DNA of 64,000 nt from contig OZ024743.1 of the NCBI GenBank assembly GCA_964016885.1, positions 247,690,001 to 247,754,000 of the forward strand, in the 5' to 3' direction. Both the position numbers and the translations under genes were made by a program. Shown here piece by piece: positions 50,802-63,600 of the stretch (the first letter of the stretch is position 1; each line of letters starts with the position of its first letter). The DNA is from Eledone cirrhosa. Taxonomy: Eukaryota. Below the pieces are notes generated by a model. That model was not told the origin of the DNA. It saw nothing but the letters and a program-made list of their open reading frames with translations, and ran no database searches.

Positions 50802-50810
<9 letters not shown>
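49907..50810 (-). mobile_element. Probable Penelope N-terminal region as a partial tandem (~600-bp period)
   Basis: ~300-bp direct repeat 49907-50210 / 50508-50808; minus-strand KLTRTH..SFLGFCNSL-type peptide. Confidence 0.55.
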
Positions 50811-50847
<37 letters not shown>

Positions 50848-52759
50848 AGAGAGAGAGAGATAATAATAAATTTGAAGACTAAAATCCAAAGAGGGCTCTA
50901 TAAGGAAAAATATATATCAAATATATCACCTCTGAACTCAACATCCAGGACCGGACTGAACCTCTGGACCCTATTTCTCCCCACTTTACCCTGAAGGATC
51001 ACAAACCCAATTTCGCCACCCCCCCTATTCGGCTTATTAACCCTACGAAGTCCGATTTAAGTAGACTTAGTAAAAGGATTTTAGATAGAATTATACCTGA
51101 AATTAGAAGCTTGGTCCCTCTTGCACTGTGGAACAATTCTTTCTTGGTGATTGATTGGTTCAAAGGCATATGCAACAAGGAACATTGCCGTTTTATCCAA
51201 TTCGACATCAATAACTACTACTCCTCCATCACTTTACCACTTCTTCTTAGTGGTTAAGGATTTCGAATTTGATGTCTTCCTCACTGCTCGTAAGTCGGTG
51301 ATTAATTTCGACGACTCTATTTGGATTAAAAAATCTAATAGTACCCCATTAGACGTGAGTATGGGCGCCAGCGATTCGGCGGAGGTTACTGATCTTATCA
51401 GCCTTTTCCTTCTTTTCTCTGTCAAGGAAGAATTCCCCAGTGTGAGCGGTGGTTTGTACCGTGATGACGGTCTTTTGACCATGACAAAGTGCGGTCCACG
51501 CGCTTGCGACAGGTTCAGAAAATTCCACATATTACAATGAAGCTCTTGCTCGGAGTGGATATGTCGATAAGGTAGCATATACTAAGTATGAGCATAGACC
51601 AAAGAAAAATAGATCCGACGCATTATATGGTATAACCCACCATATAATATGGAAGTGGCCACACCATTAACTAAGATCTTTCTCTCTCTTATTAAGAAGC
51701 ATTTTCCTTCAGCACATAAATATAACAATTTTTTTAATAGAAATACCATTAAAATATCTTACTCTACGACTCCTAACCTTGCACATAACATCACTGCTTC
51801 AAATTTAGCTAAATTACCTGGCCATAATAACACGTGAAACCCTGTAGCTAGTACTAACTGTAATTGTAGAAATCGGGTTGACTGCCCTCTATCCGGGAAA
51901 TGCCTCTCCAGTAACATTGTCTATAAATGTAAGGTCGAAACGCCCACGGCCCGTAGGGCCTACATAGGGTTAACTGCCAATAGATTCAAGCAACGTCTTT
52001 ACATGCACACCCATTCTTTTCTTAACCCTTTAAGAAGGAATATGACGTCACTTTCAGCTTATATCTGGAGTCTAAAAGACAACCACACCCAATATAGGTT
52101 ACATTGGGAGATCCTAGCTAGGGCTAGATCGTATAACGGAAATAAAAGACCATGCGATCTTTGTGCCGCTGAAGCTCTGGAGATACTCTACACCAATGAT
52201 CACATTTTAAATAAAAAATCTGAGGCAAATTCGGCTTGTAAATATAAATTGCATAAAACTTTCCTGTATTTCAGCCCCACATTATACCCTAACGGATAGT
52301 ACGAACAATACGCAGATAATTTACGTCTTGATGTGGTAGCTAAGTATATTTTATGTTTATACCATTACTTATTTGTATAGGTAAGTATACCTTACCCGTA
52401 TGTTTTGTGAAGGTACGTATACTTTCTCATACATATATTAGCTTGTATTTGTTATAGGTGTATATATTATATTATATATACTGGTACATGTGTATATGGT
52501 TATGTGTATGCGTGTTTGCACGTATGTAAGGTGTGTATATGTGTACTTTGTGTTTTGGTTGACGTACGTTTAGTGAACATATCATATATGTATTTACCTG
52601 TAGGTATGGGTGTGTGTGTGCGTGTTATTTACGTATTTATGTGTATATAATTATATATATACACACATGCGTAGATGCATGTATGTATATATTTAATTAT
52701 TGTTGATTTCAATAACCTCTGTCATTTTCGTTCTACTAATTCATTTACATTATTCTTAA

Positions 52760-52851
52760 CTTTGCCTTTCATCGTTACGGAGTCGATAAAATAAAGTACC
52801 AGTAATGTACTGGGTAATTGCTGGCCTTGTGCCAAAAGTAGAAACAATTAT
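52760..52851 (+). mobile_element. Meta-domain SINE fragment
   Basis: tttgcctttcatcgttacggagtcgataaaataaagtaccag. Confidence 0.72.
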
Positions 52852-53104
52852 TCCTAACTTTGAAGCCAAGAATCATTCGGTTTCCTAAATAGAATATTAG
52901 TCTACGACTTCATTTATACCATAAGCATGGTTTTGTCTTTGCGTGTAATTGTTCTCACCGCTCCACATAATGACGTATTATCTTCGCTTTCTTCTGTTCA
53001 TTGCCAAGGATCGTCTTCACGAACCAAAGTATCGTCTTCCTGTTTTCCTTCGGTTGCAACGTTTTTCGAAATAGTTACTTCTGCGTTCACAGATTGATAT
53101 TTTT

Positions 53105-53155
53105 AGTTTCAGAAGATCCCGTTAAGGGTGAAAGCAGTGATTCTTTGCTTAAACT
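53105..53155 (+). ncRNA. Hammerhead with one core substitution (CAGAAGA)
   Basis: agttt-CaGAAGA-t-ccc-gttaa-ggg-t-GAAA-gca..tgc-TT-aaact. Confidence 0.55.
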
Positions 53156-53166
53156 TTAATCTGTTA

Positions 53167-53217
<51 letters not shown>

Positions 53218-53319
53218 GGGGGGGGGTATGTGTGTGTGTATTCTGGGTTCAATCAGTGGTAACCACAGTAAGTAAGGTACTCATTCGAATGGAACAGCTC
53301 TAGTCCTGTAGAAGCCATT

Positions 53320-53350
<31 letters not shown>

Positions 53351-54179
53351 GTATTAAGAATATTTATATTTATATACGTTTAATACAACTATAAATATGT
53401 AGGGTAGTACTAAGTACTAGCCGTTTACCGGTATGACAAAAGGCTCAATGCAAATTTTCAAGTGTTTTATAGAGCCGAGATACAAATTTTAGTTTAGAAT
53501 ATTTATTTGCTGCCAATTGTTTCTTCCAGAGGGAAGTCTGGAATCATCGGAGCATAGAGAATGTCGAAACAGGTGACTAAAATCCTAGTCATTCAGAACA
53601 TTTAGGGTACATAACTGTTGTTAGTATCATAGGCATCATGTGGAAAGTCAGGAGTTAAAAAGATGTTATGCTTGAGAGAACACAATTACAGGCAGCACTG
53701 GTTGAAAGTGTAAGAGGAATAAGCAAAAAGTACAGGCAAAAAAGTTATAAGCGAGGAAAAGTGGTGTACAATGCAGGAGTCAATACAGTCAATAAGGCAT
53801 GTATGAGGAAAGAGTTATAATGCAGTTGAAATAAACATATTTTGTGTGGGGTGTTAAAGCATGATATAATTGTTAGAAATGTTTAAGATAGTGTGCAATT
53901 TGTTAGAGAGGCATGTAGTGATAATGTAGGTATTTGTTATGTGAGGTGTAATGGAAAGCACGTGATAGAGTTGGATAGGTGATTTTCATACAAGTGTTTT
54001 TGTGTTGTAGTTCGTATGTATCTTGTATATGTTGTTTGTAACTTCCAGCTATTAACCATGGGATTTTTTTGAGTCGTTCATAGTCAATAGGTGTTTGTTA
54101 AATGTAAATTCCACCGAATTACTGGCCATGTTGTTATTGTAGGTATATTATCTTATGCATTTTTTATCTAACCCGAGTC

Positions 54180-55320
54180 AATTTTCTGGACATTACCCTC
54201 AACCTCGAAAATGATCTGTACTACCCATACAGGAAACCTGCACTATATCCACCGCCGCTCTAACCATCCTAGAAACATCACCAATAACCTGGTTAAAAAC
54301 ATCTCCCTCCGCATAACTCGTTTGTCCGCTAATGAGCAGATATTCGATGAACATGCGCCTCATTACAACCAGGCTCTCAAGCGAAGCGGCTTCCGGGAGG
54401 AAATATCCTTTTATCCAGCTTCCCTTAGTGGAACCAGCAGGCGATACCGCCGCTCACGCCACGTAACCCTCCCCACAATGCCGAGGTGGCAACACCTATC
54501 GGGAAAATCTTCTTTAGGCTCCTCGAAAAACACTTCCCACCAGAACATAATCAACAAAAACAATATCAAACTCTCCTACAGCACCACACCCAACTTCGCA
54601 CAAAACATCGCCTACTCAAACAACAAAAAAACTCAACCCCTATGGAAGAAACAACCTAGACATTAGTGGAGAGCCGACCAGGAGGTGTAACTCCCCTGAT
54701 AGATCTACGTGCCCCCTCAACAACAGATGCCGAGAACGTAACGTGATCTACCAATGTAACGTGAGGACGAACACCTCCAACAAAGCTTATATAGGATTAA
54801 CCACTTGTGACTTTAAGACCCGGCTCTACCAACACCGACATACGTTCTGAAACCCGGCCCGGCGACATGCCACTACACTTTCGGGCCACATCTGGGACCT
54901 CCAAGATAATAACATAACATACAATCTTACTTGGAGCTTACTGTCCAGGGCTACACGGGAGGAAACATTACAAATGCTGTTTATGAAGGACCAACACCTA
55001 AACAAAAAACACGAACTGGTAACTGCATGCAAACACCGATTACGTAGGACTTACCTCGCCCTCTAATGACCCGGGTGGGTAGACAATGGCTGCAACATCC
55101 TCCTTTTCCCCCACTTGCCGAACAAGATAGGGGAAACCTCAGCTAACATAGGTAGATGTACCTCTTTTCTTTTCCTTTCTATTTTCTTCTTCCCTTTGTC
55201 TCTTCCTATCATTTCCTTCCACTCCCTATCCTCTTCCTTTTCCCTTTTCCCCTTTCGCCTACCCCGAGGCAGCCCATCGGGCCTTTGTAGCCTCAGTACC
55301 CCCACCCCAGTAATTTAAAG
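54180..55320 (+). mobile_element. Second Naiad-like Penelope fragment (thumb + GIY-YIG + 3' region)
   Basis: YIHRRSNHP, YNQALKRSGF, KLSYSTTPN, TCPLNNRC..VIYQC..AYIGLT. Confidence 0.82.
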
Positions 55321-55344
55321 ATAGCATTGACCGAAAACAAAAAA

Positions 55345-55525
55345 TACCCAGTTCATACTGTATAGTGGTCGTGGAGGTATTACGACAAAAAGCACCCAGT
55401 ACTCACTGTAAATGGTGTTAGGAAGGGCATCCAGCTGTTAAAACCAAGCAAAAATCAGTTCTATATGAGTAAAGCATGGTCACCTGACCTAGTATCACCT
55501 ATAACAGGACAACTCGTCAAATCCA
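55345..55525 (+). mobile_element. RTE-tail SINE-like 3' module fragment
   Basis: aaaagcacccag..ttaggaagggcatccagctg. Confidence 0.7.
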
Positions 55526-55575
55526 TATATATGTGTATGTATGTATGTATGTATGTATGTATGTATGTATGTATG

Positions 55576-55616
<41 letters not shown>

Positions 55617-55919
55617 TTTCTGCACCATTTCTTTAACATGTCCAACACCACCATTCTACACCAATACATATTATTATCATTTGATAATGCATAAAAATGC
55701 TGAAACCGGTAATAGGCAATTATTAAATATATAAATAAATAAATAAATGCCATTGTTAATTAATAAATAAATCAACTAATACCTTAACACTTCACACAAA
55801 GTAAAATATTTCGTTTTAATCATTTTCTAACCCAGAAAAAAAGAAAGAAATAAAAAGGGAAAAAAATTTTTTTTTCTTCCTAATAATCGTCTTTTTCTCC
55901 GTTTTCATATATATATATA

Positions 55920-56373
55920 TAAACAATTAAGTTAAAAATGTACATCTACATATGCATACTGAAATACTAGTATGCATATGAATACACACACGTATACATA
56001 TGTAGATGTACCAAGTCTTTCACTGGTTACTTTACTGTGAGTATCCAGCTATTCTGTATGTAAACACACAGACAAACCGGTTTTTAGAGTCATACTGGTT
56101 TTTGAGGAAACACCTTTCCTCTATTCTCCAGAAACTAGTTCAATATTCCTTGTCTGGCTTTCTGAAGAATAGAGGAAAGGTGTTTCCTCAAAAACCAGTA
56201 TGACTCTAAAAACCGGTTTGTCTGTGTGTTTACATACAGAATAGCTGGATACTCACAGTAAAGTAACCAGTGAAAGACTTGGTACATCTACATATGTATA
56301 CGTGTGTGTATTCATATGCATACTAGTATTTCAGTATGCATATGTAGATGTACATTTTTAACTTAATTGTTTA
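55920..56373. repeat. Perfect inverted repeat, 208-bp arms
   Basis: Arms 55920-56127 and 56166-56373; 38-bp centre containing a further 6-bp stem. Confidence 0.93.
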
Positions 56374-56434
56374 AGCGTCAGTCATACAAAAGTGAGTTAC
56401 AAACGAAACGAAATTTAATTTCGTTTCGTTATTT

Positions 56435-56494
<60 letters not shown>

Positions 56495-56672
56495 TCAAAG
56501 GGAGGTAAATATGTAACTTTCGACATTGCTTGTGGACATCTTATTGGTTAACAAAAATGCTAGATACAACAGCCAAACCTCCTTCAAATCATACATTGTA
56601 TTATATTTTATTTATATATTATTTTAATGATGAACCAAGTAAAAAATATTCCAGTATACTTTCAATGAAAAG

Positions 56673-56772
56673 TTATGGTGGATTGGCAGTATCGTTAGAG
56701 CGTCGGACAACATGCTTCGCGGCATAGGGTACGGCCCTTTACCTTCTGAATCCAAATCCCGCTGAGGTAAAC
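56673..56772 (+). mobile_element. tRNA-derived SINE head
   Basis: tggcagtatcgttagagcgtcggac...ttctgaatccaaatcccgctgagg. Confidence 0.6.
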
Positions 56773-57578
56773 ATCGTGAATTGGGCAACACACTCACACA
56801 CACATATTATACATAGGTAAATTTGTCACCAATATACATGACATCTCACTGAAAATAAACTGGTAAAAATATTCTCATTGAGAGAAGTAAATACATATAG
56901 AACATCTTATAGAAAATCACTGAGGAGTAGATCTCAATAAAGTAATCTAGATCACAGGTTTTTGACCCTCGAAATTACGAAACGCCCCCTACCCTATTTT
57001 TCCATTTTTCAATATACTACTGATTTGTTGATATCTGTAGATTAAATATTCCAAAGATGCCATTGCAGGCAGCTGAGAGTATAAATACATTCCTCGAAAG
57101 GAAATATATAAATTTCAAAAAAAGGAACATAAATGTTCTTTTTTATGAATAAGGACCAGATGAATTTGTTATATTCCCACCAGGCGATACCAACTATTTT
57201 GAACATTTATACATACAAGAGCAACTCTGTCTATCCAAAGAGTGCTCTTATCTAGAAGAAAGTGACAATTATATCATTTCAAAGCTTTCCAATTTTCCCT
57301 TTAATGAAACGGACAGAATAAATGTTGATATCTAACTTGATGTCCCTTCTGCTTTGTGAGCTTAGAGACCACGGAAGAGGGTTTTCATGACCATGCGGGA
57401 GGGTATATTTATTAGTAAATGGTAAAATATATACAACAAATGAGTAAGTGAATTGTAGTAGATGGTTTCCAGTCCAGTCAGACTGCAACTACAAATAAAA
57501 AAAATTGTTAGTTTGTTTTGTAACAATAGCATATCCAAGTTTTCGGATAAATCAACTTACTTAAACTTTGACCTCAAT

Positions 57579-59430
57579 TCAATGGGACCCTTGAACTTTA
57601 TGGAGTCTAGCTAACTCTTTGATGTCAGACTGGATTTTCGTAAGATGTAGCCGGAGATCTCCACGTGTAATTACATTGTAGCGGTTGCGAGCCTTACTGT
57701 GCAGTCTGGAAACAGCACCCCCCCCCCCCCCTGACTGAGTATGAGCTTGGAAAAGGCAGAGCAAATCTCTTAGCCTCTGCATGTAGGTGTGGAAATCGAC
57801 GCTGAATTTCCTCTTGCATCCAAAAAAGGGGTTCACCTATTTTGGGAAATCTAATTTTGATCATGTCATCTGCTTGAAATTCAATGAATTCTTCCTGAAA
57901 TATAACGTCCAAATCATCGACCTTAGCTATGAAGGGATCTGCTACCCACATTGGGATGTCCATCGACAAAAGGTCGACAAACTGTTCTCTCATAGCGCAG
58001 GGAGGTGAGCGGTATAAATTTGGAGTTGGTAATCGCTTACAATGTTTTGAACATTGGCGACGCTAGGAAAATTATAGAATTCCCGTCAACAAAGATTCCT
58101 TTCAATGACATTCAATTTGGCCAGGAATGTTTTCACAGCATTCCTTGCTTTAAGCAAGGTGATCTTCTTCCCCTGCAAAGCCAAAATGACGCTTTTGCAT
58201 TTGTCGAAGATGTCGGTGAGGTAGGCGCAGTTTTGCCTCACATCGAGGGTTTTCTTGTACCGTTCTGTGTTGCGTCCTCGCAGAAACTAAATGATAGAGT
58301 CGAACAGTTCCAAGAAGTGAGTAAGGCACTTCCCCTTTGAAAGCCACCTCACTTCATTATGAAGGAGCAACTTGACGAATTCATCACCATCATCATCATC
58401 ATCTTCGTTTAACGTCCATCTTCCACGCTAGCATGGGTTAGACGGGAGTTGTCCCACTTGAGGCAAGGTAGGTCGGGTGACCGTGTCTCGCTCATATAGG
58501 ACTATCTGGCAGTTTTTCTACGGCTGGATGCCCTTCCTAACACCAACCACATTTACAGTGTGGAACTGGGAACTTTTTACCGTGTTACCTACACGACCAC
58601 ATTACAGCGTGGACTGTGTGTTTTTTTTTTTTTTTTTTTCGTGACACCTACACGATCTCGATCTCATTATCTCATTTATTTGGACTGGATGTTGTGGTAC
58701 CAACGTTACAGAGAGAGGTTGGTGGGAGTGGGAGGATAGGGTAGCGGTAGTAGATTGGGGTGTATATTTGGTTAAGAGGTACCTACTGACTGTAGGTTTC
58801 GCTTTGAACATAGGCAAGGCGGGTCTTCTGTATTACTGCGTAGCGCCAAAAATCTCGGTCCATGACATTGTCTTAGAGAGGTGCAAGTGTGTAAGGTCGG
58901 AATTTATCAGATTGTCCCAGGTTTTTCTGGGTCTACCTACTCCGTAACTACCATCAATTTTGATCGCCCTGCATTTTTTTATACAGCTGTCATCTTTTAT
59001 GCGCATCACGTGGCCATACCAACGTAGTCTTCTCTCAAGTAAACAGCATCTGATCCCTCTTATTCCTAATTTCTCACTTAGTTCATTTATGCTTTGCCGT
59101 TCACGTATATTTCTATTACACATCCAACGGAGCATGCATGCTTCGTTCCTTTCCAGTCCTCGCAGGTCCTCTGCACGTACCTTTGCCGGAAAATGCACAG
59201 TTGCTGGAAAATTCGTTCATTGAGGGAATGCTGTTTGATAAAATTGATGACATCAAGGGCCACCTGCAAGGACTTGCTCAGTGGCTTGCTGAGTTTCTTC
59301 GCAGCCAAGTGTTGTCGATGAATGACACAATGAACAACAAATACAGATAGATTTTCTCTCTTCAGAAGAGTGACGAAACCCTTATGTTGGCCGACCATTG
59401 CTCTTGCGTCGTCCGTAGCACATGATACAA
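57579..59430 (-). pseudogene. hAT transposase C-terminal half, interrupted by the RTE
   Basis: ORF pieces 59087-59398, ~58000-58380, 57694-57993, 57579-57690. Confidence 0.82.
58381..59178 (-). mobile_element. RTE family B 3' fragment inserted in the hAT transposase
   Basis: AEDLRGLERNEACMLRW..RRLRWYGHV..GRPRKTW; full 3' UTR and (GAT)n tail. Confidence 0.9.
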
Positions 59431-59431
59431 T

Positions 59432-59790
59432 GTGTGTTGTATTTGGTCCTAGATGTATCTATTACCTGCCTGTGTGTTGTAGGTAGTCCTAGATGTATGT
59501 ATTACCTGCTTATGTATTGCATGTGGTCCTAGATGTATGTATTACCTGATTATGTGTTGTATGTGGTCCTAGATGTTTGTATTACCTGCTTATGTGTTGT
59601 ATGTGGTCCTAGATGTATGTATTACCTGCCTGTGTGTTGTATGTGGTCCTAGATGTTTGTATTACCTGATTATGTGTTGTATGTGGTCCTAGATGTGTGT
59701 ATTATCTGATTATGTGTTGTATGTGGTCCTAGATGTGTGTATTATCTGATTATGTGTTGTATGTGGTCCTAGATGTGTGTGCCACCCGCT
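59432..59790. repeat. 40-bp minisatellite, ~9 copies
   Basis: atgtggtcctagatgtatgtattacctgcttatgtgttgt. Confidence 0.92.
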
Positions 59791-60394
59791 TCTGTGTGCT
59801 TTTTTAAATTTTTTTTATTTGTAATATTATTTATACAATAGGAAATAAAATAGATCTACATAGTGTTAACTTGTTACAGTTGAGTCAATAATTTCTGACA
59901 TGAAATACATTGTTATCGGTGAAGGAAAGACAAGATTCTAACTGGCTGCGCTTGAAGTGTCATTGACCCAGTTGACTGTGGGTTTTTCCATTGTTAGGAT
60001 CTCAATTGCCGGTTAATGTCTAAACACGCCTGCACACCTGCGGTCAGAACATAGTTATGCTGTCTGCATGCTCATTCAAGTGCATTCACACTGGCTGTCT
60101 CAAAGACATACAAATATGGCTTATAAAACTTACCAAAGTAAAGAGCTTTCCAGTGCCCCCAAAGCTCCAAACGCCTCCCCTAATGCCCCCCCCCCCCTGA
60201 GCTCAGAAACGCCCCCTGGGGGTGCATATGCCCTCCGTTGAGAACCTTTGATCTAGATGAACACTTCACAAGCAGCATATTTCCCTGGATATATATTCTT
60301 AGTTAAGCAACCTAAAGCTAGGTGAAGCCTTCTAGCTTTAGAAGATGTTCTGTATGCATTATATATTTCCAGCATAGTTACGTCCTCCCTTTAC

Positions 60395-60515
60395 AGTCTG
60401 AGTTCAAATCCCGCCGAGGTTAACTTTGCCTTTCATCCTTACGGGGTCGATAAAATAAAGTACCAGTAATGTACTGGGTAATTGATGGCCTTGTGCCAAA
60501 AGTAGAAACAATTAT
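60395..60515 (+). mobile_element. Meta-domain SINE
   Basis: ctgagttcaaatcccgccgaggttaactttgcctttcatccttacggggtcgataaaataaagtaccag. Confidence 0.78.
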
Positions 60516-60526
60516 ATATATATAAC

Positions 60527-60655
60527 ATCGTTTAGCATGGGTTAGACAGGTTGACCCATTCATAGCAAGTCGGGTCAAGTGACTGTGTTTTGCTCATACA
60601 GAATTGTTTCAGGCTTGGTTTCTATGGCTGGATGCCCTTCCTAACACCAACTACA
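60527..60655 (-). mobile_element. RTE-tail module leading directly into the 48-bp satellite
   Basis: tagcatgggttagac...ttctatggctggatgcccttcctaacacc. Confidence 0.8.
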
Positions 60656-63600
60656 TTTACAGTGTGTACTGGGTGCTTTTTGTCATAACACTTACACAAC
60701 CAATTTACAGTGTAGGCTGGGTGTTTTTTGTCATGACACCTACACAACCAATTTATAGTGTGTGCTCGATGTTTTTTGTCATGACACTTACACGAACATC
60801 TTACAGTGTGGGCTGGGTGTTTTTTGTCATAACACTTACACAACCATCTTACAGTGTGGGCTGGGTGTTTTTTGTCATGACACCTACACAAACATCTTAC
60901 AGTGTGGGCTGGGTGTTTTTTGTCATGACACCTACACAAACATCTTACAGTGTGGGCTGGGTGTTTTTTGTCATGACACCTACAGAAACATCTTACAGTG
61001 TGGGCTGGGTGTTTTTTGTCATGACACCTACACAAACATCTTACAGTGTGGGCTGGGTGTTTTTTGTCATGACACCTACACAAACATCTTACAGTGTGGG
61101 CTGGGTGTTTTTTGTCATAACACTTACACAACCAATTTACTGTGTGGGCTGGGTGTTTTTTGTCATGACACCTACACAAACATCTTACAGTGTGGGCTGG
61201 GTGTTTTTTGTCATGACACCTACACAAACATCTTACAGTGTGGGCTGGGTGTTTTTTGTCATGACACCTACACAAACATCTTACAGTGTGGGCTGGGTGT
61301 TTTTTGTCATAACACTTACACAACCATCTTACAGTGTGGGCTGGGTGTTTTTTGTCATAACATTAACACAACCAATTTACAGTGTGGGCTGGGTGTTTTT
61401 TGTCATGACACCTACACAAACATCTTAGGGTGTGGGCTGGGTGTTTTTTGTCATAACACCTACACAAACATCTTACAGTGTGGGCTGGGTGTTTTTTGTC
61501 ATGACACCTACACCAAAATCTTACAGTGTGGGCTGGGTGTTTTTTGTCATAACACTTACACAACCATCTTACAGTGTGGGCTGGGTGTTTTTTGTCATAA
61601 CACTTACACAACCAATTTACAGTGTGGGCTGGGTGTTTTTTGTCATAACACTTACCACAACCAATTTACAGTGTGGGCTGGGTGTTTTTGTCATGACACC
61701 TACACAAACATCTTACAGTGTGGGCTGAGTGTTTTTTGTCATGACACCTACACAAACATCTTACAGTGTGGGCTGGGTGTTTTTTGTCATAACACTTACA
61801 CAACCAATTTACTGTGTGGGCTGGGTGTTTTTTGTCATGACACCTACACAAACATCTTACAGTGTGGGCTGGGTGTTTTTTGTCATGACACCTACACAAA
61901 CATCTTACAGTGTGGGCTGGGTGTTTTTTGTCATGACACCTACACAAACATCTTACAGTGTGGGCTGGGTGTTTTTTGTCATAACACTTACACAACCATC
62001 TTACAGTGTGGGCTGGGTGTTTTTTGTCATAACACTTACACAACCAATTTACAGTGTGGGCTGGGTGTTTTTTGTCATGACACCTACACAAACATCTTAG
62101 GGTGTGGGCTGGGTGTTTTTTGTCATAACACCTACACAAACATCCTACAGTGTGGGCTGGGTGTTTTTTGTCATGACACCTACACCAAAATCTTACAGTG
62201 TGGGCTGGGTGTTTTTTGTCATAACACTTACACAACCATCTTACAGTGTGGGCTGGGTGTTTTTTGTCATGACACCTAAACAAACGTCTTAACAGTGTGG
62301 GCTGGGTGTTTTTTGTCATAACACCTACACAAACATCTTACAGTGTGGGCTGGGTGTTTTTTGTCATGACACCTACACAAACATCTTACAGTGTGGGCTG
62401 GGTGTTTTTTGTGATAACACCTACACAAACATCTTACAGTGTGGGCTGGATGTTTTTTGTCATGACACCTACACAAACATCTTACAGTGTGGGCTGGGTG
62501 TTTTTTTTCATAACACTTACACAACCAATTTACAGTGTTGGCTGGGTGCTTTTTGTCATAACACTTACCACAACCAATTTACAGTGTGGGCTGGCTGTTT
62601 TTGTCATGACACCTACACAAACATCTTACAGTGTGGGCTGGGTGTTTTTTGTCATGACACCTACACAAACATCTTACAGTGTGGGCTGGGTGTTTTTTGT
62701 CATGACACCTACACAAACATCTTACAGTGTGGGCTGGGTGTTTTTTGTTATGTCACCTACACAAACATCTTACAGTGTGGGCTGGGTGTTTTTTGTCATG
62801 ACACCTACACAAACATCTTACAGTGTGGGCTGGGTGTTTTTTGTCATGACACCTACACAAACATCTTACAGTGTGGGCTGGGTGTTTTTTGTCATAACAC
62901 TTACCACAACCAATTTACAGTGTGGGCTGGGTGTTTTTTGTCATAACACTTACCACAACCAATTTACAGTGTGAGCTGGGTGTTTTTTGTCATAACACTT
63001 ACGACAACCAATTTACAGTTGGGCTGGGTGCTTTTTGTCATAACACTTACCACAACCAATTTACAGTATGGGCTGGGTGTTTTTTGTCATAACACTTACC
63101 ACAACCAATTTACAGTGTGGGCTGGGTGTTTTTTGTCATAACACTTACCACAACCAATTTACAGTGTGGGCTGGGTGCTTTTTGTCATAACACTTACCAC
63201 AACCAATTTACAGTGTGGGCTGGGTGTTTTTTGTCATAACACTTACCACAACCAATTTACAGTGTGGGCTGGGTGTTTTTTGTCATAACACTTACCACAA
63301 CCAATTTACAGTGTGGGCTGGGTGCTTTTTATCATAACACTTACCACAACCAATTTACAGTGTGGGCTGGGTGCTTTTTGTCATGACACTTACCACAACC
63401 AATTTACAGTGTGGGCTGGGTGTTTTTTATCATAACACTTACCACAACCAATTTACAATGTGGGCTGGGTGCTTTTTGTCATATCACTTACCACAACCAA
63501 TTTACAGTGTGGGCTGGGCGTTTTTTGTCATAACACTTACCACAACCAATTTACAGTGTGGGCTGGGTGTTTTTTGAAATAACACATACCACAACCAATT

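Larger units (their letters stand above)
50870..53165 (+). mobile_element. Internally deleted Penelope-like element (Naiad-like) with 3' pLTR hammerhead
   Basis: TLKDHKPNF..RLINPTKS, FIQFDI, MGASDSAEV, GLYRDDGL, ISYSTTPN, CNCR..CPLSGKC..IVY..AYIGLT, CDLCAAE. Confidence 0.85.
56953..60250 (-). mobile_element. Charlie/Buster-type hAT transposon, internally deleted, with nested RTE and minisatellite
   Basis: 8-bp TSD ATCTAGAT (56945-56952, 60251-60258); degenerate TIRs; CATDDARAMVG, HCVIHRQHLAAK, LLHNEVRWLSKG, LPFPSSY, RGDLRL. Confidence 0.88.

Noticed and set aside
55681-55715. Functional hammerhead
   Set aside because: Core reads TTGATAA (two substitutions) and stem I is weak; counted only as a relic
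56673-56772. tRNA gene
   Set aside because: Degenerate SINE head with no complete cloverleaf; the same applies at 44618
57579-59430. Domesticated ZBED/SCAND3/FAM200-like host gene
   Set aside because: Frameshifts, stops, a nested LINE, and retained TIRs and TSD indicate a dead transposon
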